Assembly: GCA_050949505.1 (NCBI GenBank)
Contig: JBMNFV010000001.1
Location: 509,644 to 573,643, forward strand
DNA length: 64,000 nucleotides
Reading direction: 5' to 3'
From: Patescibacteria group bacterium
GTDB lineage: Bacteria; Patescibacteriota; Patescibacteriia; Patescibacteriales; UBA12465
The notes under the pieces are model-generated. The model was not told where the DNA came from and made no database searches. It was given only the letters and a program-made list of their open reading frames with translations. Positions 17,504 to 26,885 of this stretch are shown here, in pieces. Numbering within the stretch: the first letter of the stretch is position 1; each line of letters opens with the position of its first letter. The position numbers and the translations under genes are program-made.

Positions 17504-18994
17504 ATGACAACTGACAAGCAAATTACCGACAATGAAATAACTAAACCAAAAGTGGCTCGTCTACGCTTTGCTCCCTCTCCAACCGGCTTTATGCATCTTG
17601 GTAATTTTCGCACCGCTTTATTTGGCTATCTATTAGCCAAGAGTTTAGGAGGAGAATTTATCTTACGCTTAGAAGATACTGATCAAAAAAGGGAAGTGGC
17701 TGGAGCATTGGATAAGCTTCTCGCTATCTTAGATTGGGTGGGAATAAGATTTGACGAAGGTCCGCACCTAGGTGGCCCGCATGCTCCTTACGTTCAATCA
17801 GAGCGTTTGGCTATCTATAATGAATATTGCAACCAACTATTAGCCACTGGCCAAGCTTATCGCTGTTTTTGCAGCTCAGAGCGTTTAACTAAGATGCGCG
17901 AAGAGCAAGCAGCTAAAAAGCAAGCTCCTCGCTATGACGGGACTTGCCGAGATTTAAGTGAGGCAGAGATTACCCAGCGATTGTCTAAAGGTGAACAGTT
18001 TGTAATTAGACAAAAAATGCCTCTTGATGGGGAAGTGGTAGTGGTTGATGAGCTTAGAGGGGAGATAAAGTTTTTAGCTAAAGATTTAGATGACCAAGTG
18101 TTAATTAAATCTAATGGGGTGCCTACCTATCACTTTGCTAGTGTCGTTGATGACCATTTAATGGAAATTACTCATGTTACTCGTGGTGATGAATGGTTAC
18201 CTTCTTATCCTAAAAACATTCTCCTTTATCGAGCCTTTAACTGGACGCCCCCTAAATTTATCCATCTCCCCTTAATCCTAAATAAAGTGGGAGGAGGGAA
18301 GCTAAGCAAGCGGCAGGGTGATGTCTTTTTAGAACAATATAAAGACCAGGGCTATCTCCCCGAAGCTTTAATTAATTTTAGCGCTCTTTTAGGTTGGCAT
18401 GGTAAAGATGATAAAGAAATCTATAGCCTCGCAGAACTGGAGAAAGTTTTTTCTCTAACTGGCCTAGGCGCTAGTCCAGCGGTTTTTGATATAGAAAAAC
18501 TAGACTATTTTAACGCCCTTTATATTCGTCAAAAAAGTTTATCAGAATTAACCGACTTAACTATTCCATTCCTACCTGACTTTATGAGAAATTATCCTCG
18601 TCAACAACTAGAAAGCTTTCTGGCCTTAGCTCAAGAGCGAATGAAGCGTTTAAACGAGGCTCCGGAATTAATCAGTTTTCTCTTTAAGCTACCTGACTAC
18701 GACAAGTCTTTGCTTTTCTGGAAAGACTTAACGGCGACTGATATAGTTAGCAACCTTCAGGGTCTTCAAGAACTACTCACTACCGTGCCTGAGACTGATT
18801 GGCAAACCGAAGAGTTAAGTGAATTAATTTTTGCCTGGATAGTGGAACGTGGCAAAAAGAATGGTCCAGTCTTATGGCCCCTGAGAGTGGCCTTAAGTGG
18901 TCTTAAACATAGCCCCACTCCCTTTGAAATTGCTAGCGCTCTAGGCAAGACGGAAAGCCTTAAAAGAATTCAGTTAGCCCTAGACTGGTTTTAA
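17504..18994 (+). CDS. gltX: glutamate--tRNA ligase
   Basis: RFAPSPTGFMHLGNFRTALF (HIGH region) and KLSKRQG (KMSKS region). Confidence 0.93.
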   Translation: MTTDKQITDNEITKPKVARLRFAPSPTGFMHLGNFRTALFGYLLAKSLGGEFILRLEDTDQKREVAGALDKLLAILDWVGIRFDEGPHLGGPHAPYVQSERLAIYNEYCNQLLATGQAYRCFCSSERLTKMREEQAAKKQAPRYDGTCRDLSEAEITQRLSKGEQFVIRQKMPLDGEVVVVDELRGEIKFLAKDLDDQVLIKSNGVPTYHFASVVDDHLMEITHVTRGDEWLPSYPKNILLYRAFNWTPPKFIHLPLILNKVGGGKLSKRQGDVFLEQYKDQGYLPEALINFSALLGWHGKDDKEIYSLAELEKVFSLTGLGASPAVFDIEKLDYFNALYIRQKSLSELTDLTIPFLPDFMRNYPRQQLESFLALAQERMKRLNEAPELISFLFKLPDYDKSLLFWKDLTATDIVSNLQGLQELLTTVPETDWQTEELSELIFAWIVERGKKNGPVLWPLRVALSGLKHSPTPFEIASALGKTESLKRIQLALDWF

Positions 18995-19037
18995 TTCTAA
19001 TATTTACAAAGTGCCTAAAAAATTATATAATAATCTT

Positions 19038-20267
19038 ATGAACAAGAAAATTATTCTTAGTATAATTGGCATTTTAATTATTGGCGGGCTGGGGCGGTCG
19101 CCGCTTTGGGTAGCTGGCCAATATCAAGACATTGATGCTGAGATAGAAATTCTTAACCAACAGATTATTAGTCAAAAGAGTCAAATTGAGGCTTTAAAAG
19201 CTAAACAAGCCGAGTATCAGGAGCAAATCAAGCTTAAGCAGGGAGAAAAATCAACTTTAAATAATCAGTTAGCGATTATCAATGATCGTCTCTTAAAGGC
19301 GGAAATTGATATTGATAGCGCTAACTTAGAAATTGATAAAACTAATTTAGAGATCAGAAAAGTAGAAATAGATGGCTTAAATATTGATGCTGAGATAGAG
19401 GCCCGCAAACAACATCTCGCTAGTCTGTTAAAGCAAATCTACAAACAGGATCAAATTTCTACCTTAGAAATTCTTTTGCTTAATGACTCTTTAGCTGAGT
19501 TCCTTAATCAATTTAAAAATCTAGAAGATACTAGTCGAGAAATTAACCTTAATGTTACCAATCTTCAATTAGATAAAGAACGTTTAGAAAAAAACAAGCA
19601 AGAGTTAAAGGAAAAAACTCAAGAATTGGCAGCTTTACGTAAAAAATTAGAAGACAAAAAGGATGACTTGGTTTATGAGCAAATCAATAAGGCCTTTATT
19701 CTAGAGGAAACTAAATCCTCAGAGCAGGCCTACCAAGCTCTTTTAGCTAAGGCTCAACGTGATCAAGAGCAAGCTAAAAGAGATATTGCTAACGCGGAAG
19801 TTTTGATCAGGAAAAAGCTATCAGAGAAAGATCAAAATAAGTTAAACGCTGGGCCAACTGACATTGCTTGGCCAGTCCCTAAGAATGTAATTACCGCCTC
19901 TTTCCGAGACGCTAGCTACCCTTATGCCCACCTCATTGGTGAGCACTCTGCGGTTGATATTAGGGCCGGACAAGGGACCACTATCCGCGCCGCCGCTGAT
20001 GGCTATGTCGCTAAGGTGAAATTTGAGGGTAATTCTAACTATGCCTATATCATGTTAATTCACGGCAATAGTCTTTCCACTGTCTATGGTCACGTTTCTG
20101 CGGTCTTGGTCGCTCAAGACCAATTTGTAGTTCAAGGTGAGCCAATTGGTCGGACTGGAGGAATGCCAGGGGGAATCGGCTCCGGCCCCTTTACCACTGG
20201 GCCCCATCTTCACTTTGAGGTGAGAAAAGATGGAATTCCGGTTAATCCAGAAAATTACCTACCTTAA
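19038..20267 (+). CDS. M23 family metallopeptidase with N-terminal coiled coil (EnvC-like)
   Basis: N-terminal anchor, about 250 aa of coiled coil, then HSAVDI...GHVS...GPHLHFEV (M23 HxxxD / HxH motifs). The ATG at 19038 is preferred to the GTG at 19011. Confidence 0.85.
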   Translation: MNKKIILSIIGILIIGGLGRSPLWVAGQYQDIDAEIEILNQQIISQKSQIEALKAKQAEYQEQIKLKQGEKSTLNNQLAIINDRLLKAEIDIDSANLEIDKTNLEIRKVEIDGLNIDAEIEARKQHLASLLKQIYKQDQISTLEILLLNDSLAEFLNQFKNLEDTSREINLNVTNLQLDKERLEKNKQELKEKTQELAALRKKLEDKKDDLVYEQINKAFILEETKSSEQAYQALLAKAQRDQEQAKRDIANAEVLIRKKLSEKDQNKLNAGPTDIAWPVPKNVITASFRDASYPYAHLIGEHSAVDIRAGQGTTIRAAADGYVAKVKFEGNSNYAYIMLIHGNSLSTVYGHVSAVLVAQDQFVVQGEPIGRTGGMPGGIGSGPFTTGPHLHFEVRKDGIPVNPENYLP

Positions 20268-20302
20268 TTGCTATCTACTCTCTAACCTTATTTTATTAAC
20301 AT

Positions 20303-20331
20303 AAAAACCACTAATTTCTTAGTGGTTTTTT
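20303..20331. terminator. bidirectional intrinsic terminator
   Basis: A5 - ccactaa(20308-20314) / ttagtgg(20319-20325) - T6, between convergent genes. Confidence 0.75.
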
Positions 20332-20348
20332 GTAATATTAGCCAAATA

Positions 20349-21347
20349 TTAGTCAGAAGCTACTTCTTTTAGGGGGTGGAATTTTTGTTGAGTTTTCTCA
20401 GCATAACGATCAGAAGCGTGAACATAACGAGTGGTAGTGTCCAGGGACTCATGACCAAGCAGAATTTGAATAGCGGCCGGATTAGCTCCAGCTTCAGCTA
20501 AGTAGGTGGCAAAGCCATGGCGCAGAGAATGGGCGGAGATAGGGACATTGATTCCCAACAGTTCTCGGTATTGCTTTATTTTAGCCTGTAAATAGTTGGG
20601 GGATATTTTCTTGTGCTTAAGTTCTTTGGCCCTAAGCCCCCGGTAGGGAACAAAGGCATAGGGGGAGTCATCTAATCTAGTATTTAAATATTCAGTTAAG
20701 ATCTTCAGTGCCCGAGGAGTGAGGTAGACAAAACGCTCTTTCTTGCCTTTTCCTAAAATAAATATCCGACCGCTCTTATCTACTTGAGAAATTTTCAGAT
20801 TAACTAGCTCGGAAATACGCATCCCCGTAGAAAACAATACTTCCAGCATCGCCCTATTCCTTAAAGCTACTCGCTGGTCTTTCTCTATTTGCGAAGGATA
20901 CTCTATTAATCTAATTAATTCATCCAGCTCGGCTACCTGAGCCCTTTTCTTGATAGTTTTAATCATCTTGATCGCATCTGGTGGTAGGGGGGTATCATGG
21001 TCCATATCTATTAGATATTTCAAATAACTTCTTAGGACTGATAACATCCGATTGACTGAATAGGCGTTTAGTTGCTTCTCGCCGGGCTCTAAATTAGGGG
21101 TCTTTCTGTCTAAGGAGATTAATAGGGCCTTATAATTTAAAACATCTTTTTTAGTTAATTTAGCAAAAGACAAGCGACTCTCTAGGAGAAAGTTTTCAAA
21201 AACTTTTAAGTCTCGCTCATAATTATATAGAGTTTCTGGTGAGTAATTGTTAACTTGTAAGTTTAACAAAAAATCATCAAGTAGTGGCAGGGAAGACTCA
21301 ATCTGCTGATTAATATTTTTTTGTGACTGACTACTAGAATGATCCAT
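20349..21347 (-). CDS. tyrosine recombinase XerC/XerD-like
   Basis: N-terminal SAM-like domain (YSPETLYNYERDLKVFENFL). C-terminal catalytic AHSLRHGFATYLAEAGANPAAIQILLGHESLDTTTRYVH. Confidence 0.85.
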   Translation of the reverse strand: MDHSSSQSQKNINQQIESSLPLLDDFLLNLQVNNYSPETLYNYERDLKVFENFLLESRLSFAKLTKKDVLNYKALLISLDRKTPNLEPGEKQLNAYSVNRMLSVLRSYLKYLIDMDHDTPLPPDAIKMIKTIKKRAQVAELDELIRLIEYPSQIEKDQRVALRNRAMLEVLFSTGMRISELVNLKISQVDKSGRIFILGKGKKERFVYLTPRALKILTEYLNTRLDDSPYAFVPYRGLRAKELKHKKISPNYLQAKIKQYRELLGINVPISAHSLRHGFATYLAEAGANPAAIQILLGHESLDTTTRYVHASDRYAEKTQQKFHPLKEVASD

Positions 21348-21563
21348 GGTATTAGTTTATCTATAGATTAACTAGGAATAAAGCTTAATCTTTTTAGTGA
21401 TTAACTTTTATTAACACAGATTTTAAGAATTAAGCAGGGGGGAAGAGGTCTTAGTCCTGTTCTTCGCTTACTTACTTGGGTATTCATAACTGAGTATAAT
21501 ATCCCTTACACTCTATTATAGCATAAATAAAAGTCTAGTCTAGGGCTTAGAACTATTAAGTCT

Positions 21564-21707
21564 CTATCTAGTGATAAATAGACCCATGAGGTTAAGGCTG
21601 GGTTGAAAGAGTAAAATCACCTTCAGGATGATTAAAAATATCCCCACCACCACCGCACAGAATATTAAAATAGCTAAGAAAAAAAATGTTTTAAAGGCGC
21701 TTTCCAT
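21564..21707 (-). CDS. possible 47-aa small membrane peptide (below the ORF-track cutoff)
   Basis: My translation is MESAFKTFFFLAILIFCAVVVGIFLIILKVILLFQPSLNLMGLFITR*. The ATG lies 11 nt downstream of the ftsQ-like stop. It has one hydrophobic helix and no other support. Confidence 0.25.
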   Translation of the reverse strand: MESAFKTFFFLAILIFCAVVVGIFLIILKVILLFQPSLNLMGLFITR

Positions 21708-21718
21708 AAGCTTCTTAT

Positions 21719-22567
21719 TTAATTTATATAAATTTTGTCTCCATAACGGAGGTCAATATAGTTAGTGTTTGAAAAATTTTCTTTTATCTTCTCATCTTTG
21801 ATAATAATTAATCGCTCTAGTTGGTCTTGGGCCGAGTCATTAATATTAAAATAAACTAAGGGGCCTTCTTGGCAATCTGCTTTTAAGGTATTAAGCTCTA
21901 GGTCAATGATAAATTTATCAATCTTTACCCCTTGACTAATCTTTAAAAAATCATTCAAAGAGAACATAAAGTCTAAATACTCCTGACTAATCTTAATTCG
22001 GTTAGCGCTAATCATTTCTCGGTCACTTTGATTTTCTAAGATAAAATAACGTCCTAAGTCCTCTTCCCTGACCTCCGCTTCCGGGATCAAATAGGCTTCC
22101 GAGGAGGCATAATATACTTCCTCGCCTTGCTTAAAGATAAAGGCATAAGGACGTTCTTTTATTTTTAGCACTAAGGTTTGGGGTATTTGTTTAATAATTT
22201 TAAGGTCAGAAAAATTATAACTAGCGATAATTTCCTCCTTAAAGTCATCAGCTTTAAAGAGATGAATATTAGTTTGTCTAAAAAATAGTTTAGTTTTTTT
22301 AGCCATTTGCTCATTAACTAAATCAATTATTTCTGTTTCAGAAAATCTCGTCAAGCCCTCTACTTTAATATGCTTAATTTGCCAGACTGGTGAAGCATAA
22401 AAAAACCAAATAAATAGTCCAAGCAGGACTAAGCCGAGCAGGTAAAAGAAAGTCTTTAGCTTGGTATTTAGCTTTTTTGGAGCTGGTCGAAAAAAGGGAT
22501 TGCTTAAGCTCCGACTTTGGTAGTCTCTTTTAATTCTCTTCGGTTTTTTATTAAATCTCGTTAACAT
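21719..22567 (-). CDS. ftsQ: FtsQ-type cell division protein (POTRA domain)
   Basis: N-terminal basic tail, a TM (FFYLLGLVLLGLFIWFFYA), then VWQIKHIKVEGLTRFSETEIIDLV (POTRA_FtsQ pattern). Confidence 0.75.
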   Translation of the reverse strand: MLTRFNKKPKRIKRDYQSRSLSNPFFRPAPKKLNTKLKTFFYLLGLVLLGLFIWFFYASPVWQIKHIKVEGLTRFSETEIIDLVNEQMAKKTKLFFRQTNIHLFKADDFKEEIIASYNFSDLKIIKQIPQTLVLKIKERPYAFIFKQGEEVYYASSEAYLIPEAEVREEDLGRYFILENQSDREMISANRIKISQEYLDFMFSLNDFLKISQGVKIDKFIIDLELNTLKADCQEGPLVYFNINDSAQDQLERLIIIKDEKIKENFSNTNYIDLRYGDKIYIN

Positions 22568-22568
22568 G

Positions 22569-23738
22569 TTACCAAATTATTTCTCGACGAATATTAGCTT
22601 GTAGTTTGACTAATACTTCATAACTAATTGTTCCCATAATTTTTGCTAAGTTTTGCACAGAATTAGGGTCTTCTGTTTGTGGGGAAATGACTAAAACTCT
22701 GTCCCCAACTCTAATCTCCCGAAGACCAAGGTCTAGACAAGTTAAATTCATGCATACCTTCCCCGCTACTCTCGCCCAAACTCTTTCCTGGGGCTTGTGG
22801 GTGGGAATAGCAATAAATTGAGCTTGGTTAGATAGTCGTCGGTCTAGTCCTTCAAAATAGCCTAAGGGGATAATCGCTATTTTAGTTTCCTGGTTAGTTA
22901 TATAGTCAGCATTATAGGAGACAGCTTCATCGCCTTGAAGGGTTTGCAAGTGAGTAATGGTGGAATATAGGCTTAAGGCGGGACGTAGATAGCTCTTCCC
23001 GGCCAAAGGATCCTTAACCTGACCAGCAAAGGGACTATAGCCATAAAGCGCTAGACCAGCCCGATAGGCGGTTAGCAGCGAATTTCTAGACTTAAATACT
23101 GAAGCAGAGTTACCTAAATGAACCCAAGTGGGGTAAAGGCCTTGTTCACGAAGAGCTAAAAGTCCGGCTAAAAACTTATCTTCTTGGTCTTGATTAATAA
23201 TTGTCTCTTCTTCGGCTGAAGATAAGTGTGAGCAAAAACCGGTCACTTTAACTTTTTTTAAAGATGATTCATTCACCTTCAGAAACTCCGCTAAGTCCTT
23301 GATCCCTTCCCTGTTCATGCCAGTATTATAAAATAAATGGACCTTAGCCGCCTCGCCATATTTAGCCAAGTGCTTTAAAACTGCTTGACTATAGACAACA
23401 AACTCCGTTCGGGCTAAGCGACAATAACTATAAACTTTCAAGGGCATCTCATTAAGAATTAACACCTTACCCTTAAAATAACGCCAAACTATTTGAGCTT
23501 CAGGGAAAGAGTCTACTGCCACTAGTTTAGCTGAGGTCTGATTAAGAATTTGGCAGACCTCTTTTAGGCCGTGCCCGTAGGCATTAGATTTAAGCACCGG
23601 AATAATTTCTGCTCCCCGCTGCTCTTGTTTTAAATAATTATAATTAGCAATAATTTTCTGAGTCTCTATCTTAATTACATTAAGTGACTCATACTTAGGT
23701 TTAATTATTTTTCGTAAATAGTCTTTTAATCTGCTCAT
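22569..23738 (-). CDS. alr: alanine racemase
   Basis: PLP-lysine motif IPVLKSNAYGHG and a typical length of 389 aa. Confidence 0.88.
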   Translation of the reverse strand: MSRLKDYLRKIIKPKYESLNVIKIETQKIIANYNYLKQEQRGAEIIPVLKSNAYGHGLKEVCQILNQTSAKLVAVDSFPEAQIVWRYFKGKVLILNEMPLKVYSYCRLARTEFVVYSQAVLKHLAKYGEAAKVHLFYNTGMNREGIKDLAEFLKVNESSLKKVKVTGFCSHLSSAEEETIINQDQEDKFLAGLLALREQGLYPTWVHLGNSASVFKSRNSLLTAYRAGLALYGYSPFAGQVKDPLAGKSYLRPALSLYSTITHLQTLQGDEAVSYNADYITNQETKIAIIPLGYFEGLDRRLSNQAQFIAIPTHKPQERVWARVAGKVCMNLTCLDLGLREIRVGDRVLVISPQTEDPNSVQNLAKIMGTISYEVLVKLQANIRREIIW

Positions 23739-23742
23739 ATAT

Positions 23743-24816
23743 TTAAGGCAGGGCGACCGTTCCTTGGCCGCGACTTAAATGGTCATAGTCTAAATTAGTG
23801 GTAACATTGTTAAGGTTATAGTGACTAACTTCAGCAATAATAGGGTCATAGGCATAGTATTTTACCTCATTAACTAGGGTAGGAATTTTACCTAACTGTC
23901 CTTCACTGGGAATAAATCTCACCTCAAAGCCTAGGCGGTAGGAGTCACCTGCTCCACTTAGCTCGGGTAAGGTCCAAACCATTTGTCGTAAAGAGGCATT
24001 ATAGGTGAAATTACCAGCTAACACCGAACGCTTCCCCGTTAGCTCTACACCTGGGGCTAATTTGCCACTAAATACCAAGTCCTTAAAGTCTCCATTACCC
24101 TGAACCTTAAAGAAGATCCAATAATTAGTCGGAATAGCCACTAATGGTGGTAAGGGACCAGTCCCTAATTGGTCTCCTTGGGGACTATGGTAATAGGCCT
24201 CAGCTGAGCCAGTTAATTGCGAAGCTAATTGAATATTATCTAGTTTAAGCTCTTTTTGCAGGGTTTGATTTAAGGCTAAATATTCTAATTCTGCTTGCCA
24301 AGATATTAGCTTTAAAGACTCAACTCGTGAACGCAAACTTAAGATCAGTTTCAAGTTTAGACTCTCTTGGGCGGTTAACTTGCTAATTAACAACTCATTA
24401 TTATTAATTACGACCCCCAATTCACCCTCAGCTAACTCTAGTTTATCTAACGATACCTGACGATCTGGAAAATTTAAATTAACCTTAATATCCTTAAGCT
24501 CTATAGGGCTGTCGTTAAATAATTCTAACTCTAACTCTACCGCCTCAGTTAAGTCTCGTAGCGCCCGGGGACTGCTAGCCTCTACCACTAGCGGCGGCGC
24601 TTCCTCATCTAATTGATACTTCGGTCCAGCCGACCAACTAAGCAGGCGATCACTAAATTCTGGTCGGAAATAGATAACTGCAATAAATAGGCCTAGTAAT
24701 AATAAAATTAAGCCAGCTAAGGATAGGTCATATAACATATTCCAGCGACTCTTAAAGAAATAGTGGTCTCGACGTCGCTTGAAATAATGTTTTTCTGGCT
24801 TAGGTTCGGTAGTCAT
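23743..24816 (-). CDS. single-pass membrane protein, 'GTGPLPP' family (paralogue of 55175-57151)
   Basis: TM segment LAGLILLLLGLFIAVIYF. The C-terminal block QLGTGPLPPLVAIPTNYWIFFKV...MVWTLPEL aligns with the C-terminus of the 658-aa protein. Confidence 0.8.
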   Translation of the reverse strand: MTTEPKPEKHYFKRRRDHYFFKSRWNMLYDLSLAGLILLLLGLFIAVIYFRPEFSDRLLSWSAGPKYQLDEEAPPLVVEASSPRALRDLTEAVELELELFNDSPIELKDIKVNLNFPDRQVSLDKLELAEGELGVVINNNELLISKLTAQESLNLKLILSLRSRVESLKLISWQAELEYLALNQTLQKELKLDNIQLASQLTGSAEAYYHSPQGDQLGTGPLPPLVAIPTNYWIFFKVQGNGDFKDLVFSGKLAPGVELTGKRSVLAGNFTYNASLRQMVWTLPELSGAGDSYRLGFEVRFIPSEGQLGKIPTLVNEVKYYAYDPIIAEVSHYNLNNVTTNLDYDHLSRGQGTVALP

Positions 24817-24842
24817 AGAATTTTAAGAATTTAATTAATTGA

Positions 24843-26876
24843 TTAAAATAAAAAGTCTCTAATTCCCACTAAAATATCCGCTTGACCACGAGCATTAGCC
24901 TCGCTAACTCCCACTCTCACTCCCCCGCGATAATTATGGTCAAAGGCAAAAAACTGCGAGACTACCTGACCCTGAGCGGTAAAAACTCTAACATGGGGAC
25001 CACCGCCAGCTCCGGGGCCGGTAATAATTTCCAATTGACCATTACCATTAACATCAGCGACCGCTACATTGACCCCGCCTTTAAAATTTTTATCGTAGGC
25101 CAAAAAGCTGTGCTTCAAAACTCCCCCTAAGGTAAAAATTTTAATCAGCGGTTCAGTTCCAGCTCCGGGGCCGGTAATAATTTCTGCTTGACCATCACCA
25201 TCAAGGTCGCCAACCGCAACACTTACTCCCGTGCGTAAATTTTTATCATAAGCAAAGAAACTCCCTAACAATTTTCCTGAAGCTGAGTTAATGGTAACTT
25301 GCGGGCCACCACGATAAGGGCCGGCAATTATTTGATCTAGGTTCCCGGCCTTGTTAAGTAGGGCGATGTTAATTCTATCTCGGTAATTTTTAGAAAAAGG
25401 ATAGAAACTCGCTAGGGTTTGACCATTGCTCTGCACTTTAATCTCTCCAAAGCCTGCGGAGACCGCTAACTCTGACTGACCACTTAAATTATTTAAAATA
25501 GCGACCTCGGCCTCTCCCGGAAAACTATTTAAATAGGAAAAAAAACCATTTCTAGTTTGCTCTCCCTGAGGATTAAAAACCCGATAGAAATAACCGTTAA
25601 CAAAGGGGGTATTATTAACACTAGCACTCTGACTTCTAATAAAAATGCCATCCTGAGGAGCTAACTTAATATAGGTTATTTTGCTACCATCATTAACCTT
25701 GGGGTCCTGAGTGCCTCTAATTTTTTCAACCTCCTCTTTAGAGAAAACATAAATTTGATCTTGATTAGTAGAATTAATAATTACTGAACCAGATTGAAAG
25801 TCTCGTCGCCAAAGACCAGGTTTCAGTTCAGCACTCTTCCCTTCTAATAGGTTATAGGGGCCAGACTGAGGTGTTCCGAGGAAAAAGCCATATTCATCAT
25901 ACCAATTGCTATGACTATAATCTTCTGTACCATAATTAAAGGTATAAAAGCCATTGCCCATTAAGGCACTCCCAAAGGTAAAGCGGAAAAAAGCATAGTC
26001 ATTATAGTTACCACTATAACTATTAATAATTGATGTCTGCGGGTGCAGATTGGACTGCTCTAAGCCTAGATAAGTCTTCATGGAACCAGTCCAAGTCCCC
26101 CCACTTTCCCAAGGGGCCGGAAAACCTTCAAACATCATGCCATTGATTATCTTTTGATATCCCTGATAAACTGTCCCATTACCAACAATAATAAATTCTG
26201 GGCCAGCTAACTCTCTGGTCTTGCTTAAGGTCTTCATAAAGCCGGCTTGCCAAGCTTGATTGAGTGCATTAATCTCATCAGCTCGTCCATCATTATTAGC
26301 ATCAATATTCCCCCCATTAACCCAAGCCACATCTCCCCAGGCATTATCAAAGAAAATCCCATCCCACAGACCACTAGCCTTAATATTATTAATCACAAAG
26401 TCTGCTAAGTAGTCATTAAATCGTTGCCCTTGAGCATTAACTGCTGCGTAGTCAGTTAAATTAAGCATGGAGGTAAAGGGCCAATTGCTAATCTTATTAC
26501 CCTGACTATCTCTAAGCCACCAAGACTCGCTTAAGCCTCTAGCTAAAGCATTACGCATCTCCGCTCCTCGGTAATTATGAATATCATCTATTATCTCCAC
26601 TGAGTTAAGATAGGCGAGAATGATAATCTGAGGATTAAGTTGGCGAATTTTAGCTATTTGCTCTGGACTATTGGTTTGAACTTCCATATCCAAGGTTAGC
26701 AGATCAAAGCGAGCTAGCTCCGCCACCTCTTTGTCTAAAATTTCCCACTTAATAAAGTGACTAGCTAATTTAGGGTAGTTATTATCCACCTGAGCCGCCT
26801 GAGCCTGACCCAATAAGAGTCCGACTCCACCAAGTAGTATCACTAAACTTAATTGTATCCGGCGAAGAGTTTTCAT
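24843..26876 (-). CDS. secreted protein: N-terminal TIM-barrel glycoside-hydrolase-like region + C-terminal FG-GAP/VCBS repeats
   Basis: Signal peptide. The C-terminus has repeated GDLDGDGQAEIITGPGAGTEP / ADVNGNGQLEIITGPGAGGGP (FG-GAP-type). The N-terminal hydrolase assignment is weak. Confidence 0.75.
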   Translation of the reverse strand: MKTLRRIQLSLVILLGGVGLLLGQAQAAQVDNNYPKLASHFIKWEILDKEVAELARFDLLTLDMEVQTNSPEQIAKIRQLNPQIIILAYLNSVEIIDDIHNYRGAEMRNALARGLSESWWLRDSQGNKISNWPFTSMLNLTDYAAVNAQGQRFNDYLADFVINNIKASGLWDGIFFDNAWGDVAWVNGGNIDANNDGRADEINALNQAWQAGFMKTLSKTRELAGPEFIIVGNGTVYQGYQKIINGMMFEGFPAPWESGGTWTGSMKTYLGLEQSNLHPQTSIINSYSGNYNDYAFFRFTFGSALMGNGFYTFNYGTEDYSHSNWYDEYGFFLGTPQSGPYNLLEGKSAELKPGLWRRDFQSGSVIINSTNQDQIYVFSKEEVEKIRGTQDPKVNDGSKITYIKLAPQDGIFIRSQSASVNNTPFVNGYFYRVFNPQGEQTRNGFFSYLNSFPGEAEVAILNNLSGQSELAVSAGFGEIKVQSNGQTLASFYPFSKNYRDRINIALLNKAGNLDQIIAGPYRGGPQVTINSASGKLLGSFFAYDKNLRTGVSVAVGDLDGDGQAEIITGPGAGTEPLIKIFTLGGVLKHSFLAYDKNFKGGVNVAVADVNGNGQLEIITGPGAGGGPHVRVFTAQGQVVSQFFAFDHNYRGGVRVGVSEANARGQADILVGIRDFLF

Positions 26877-26885
26877 GGCTAACTA

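Noticed and set aside
20349-21347. Tyrosine recombinase considered as the integrase of a mobile element or prophage
   Set aside because: The domain layout and motifs fit chromosomal XerC/D. No flanking direct repeats, tRNA target, phage or transposon genes are visible. Neighbours are housekeeping genes (M23 peptidase, ftsQ, alr).
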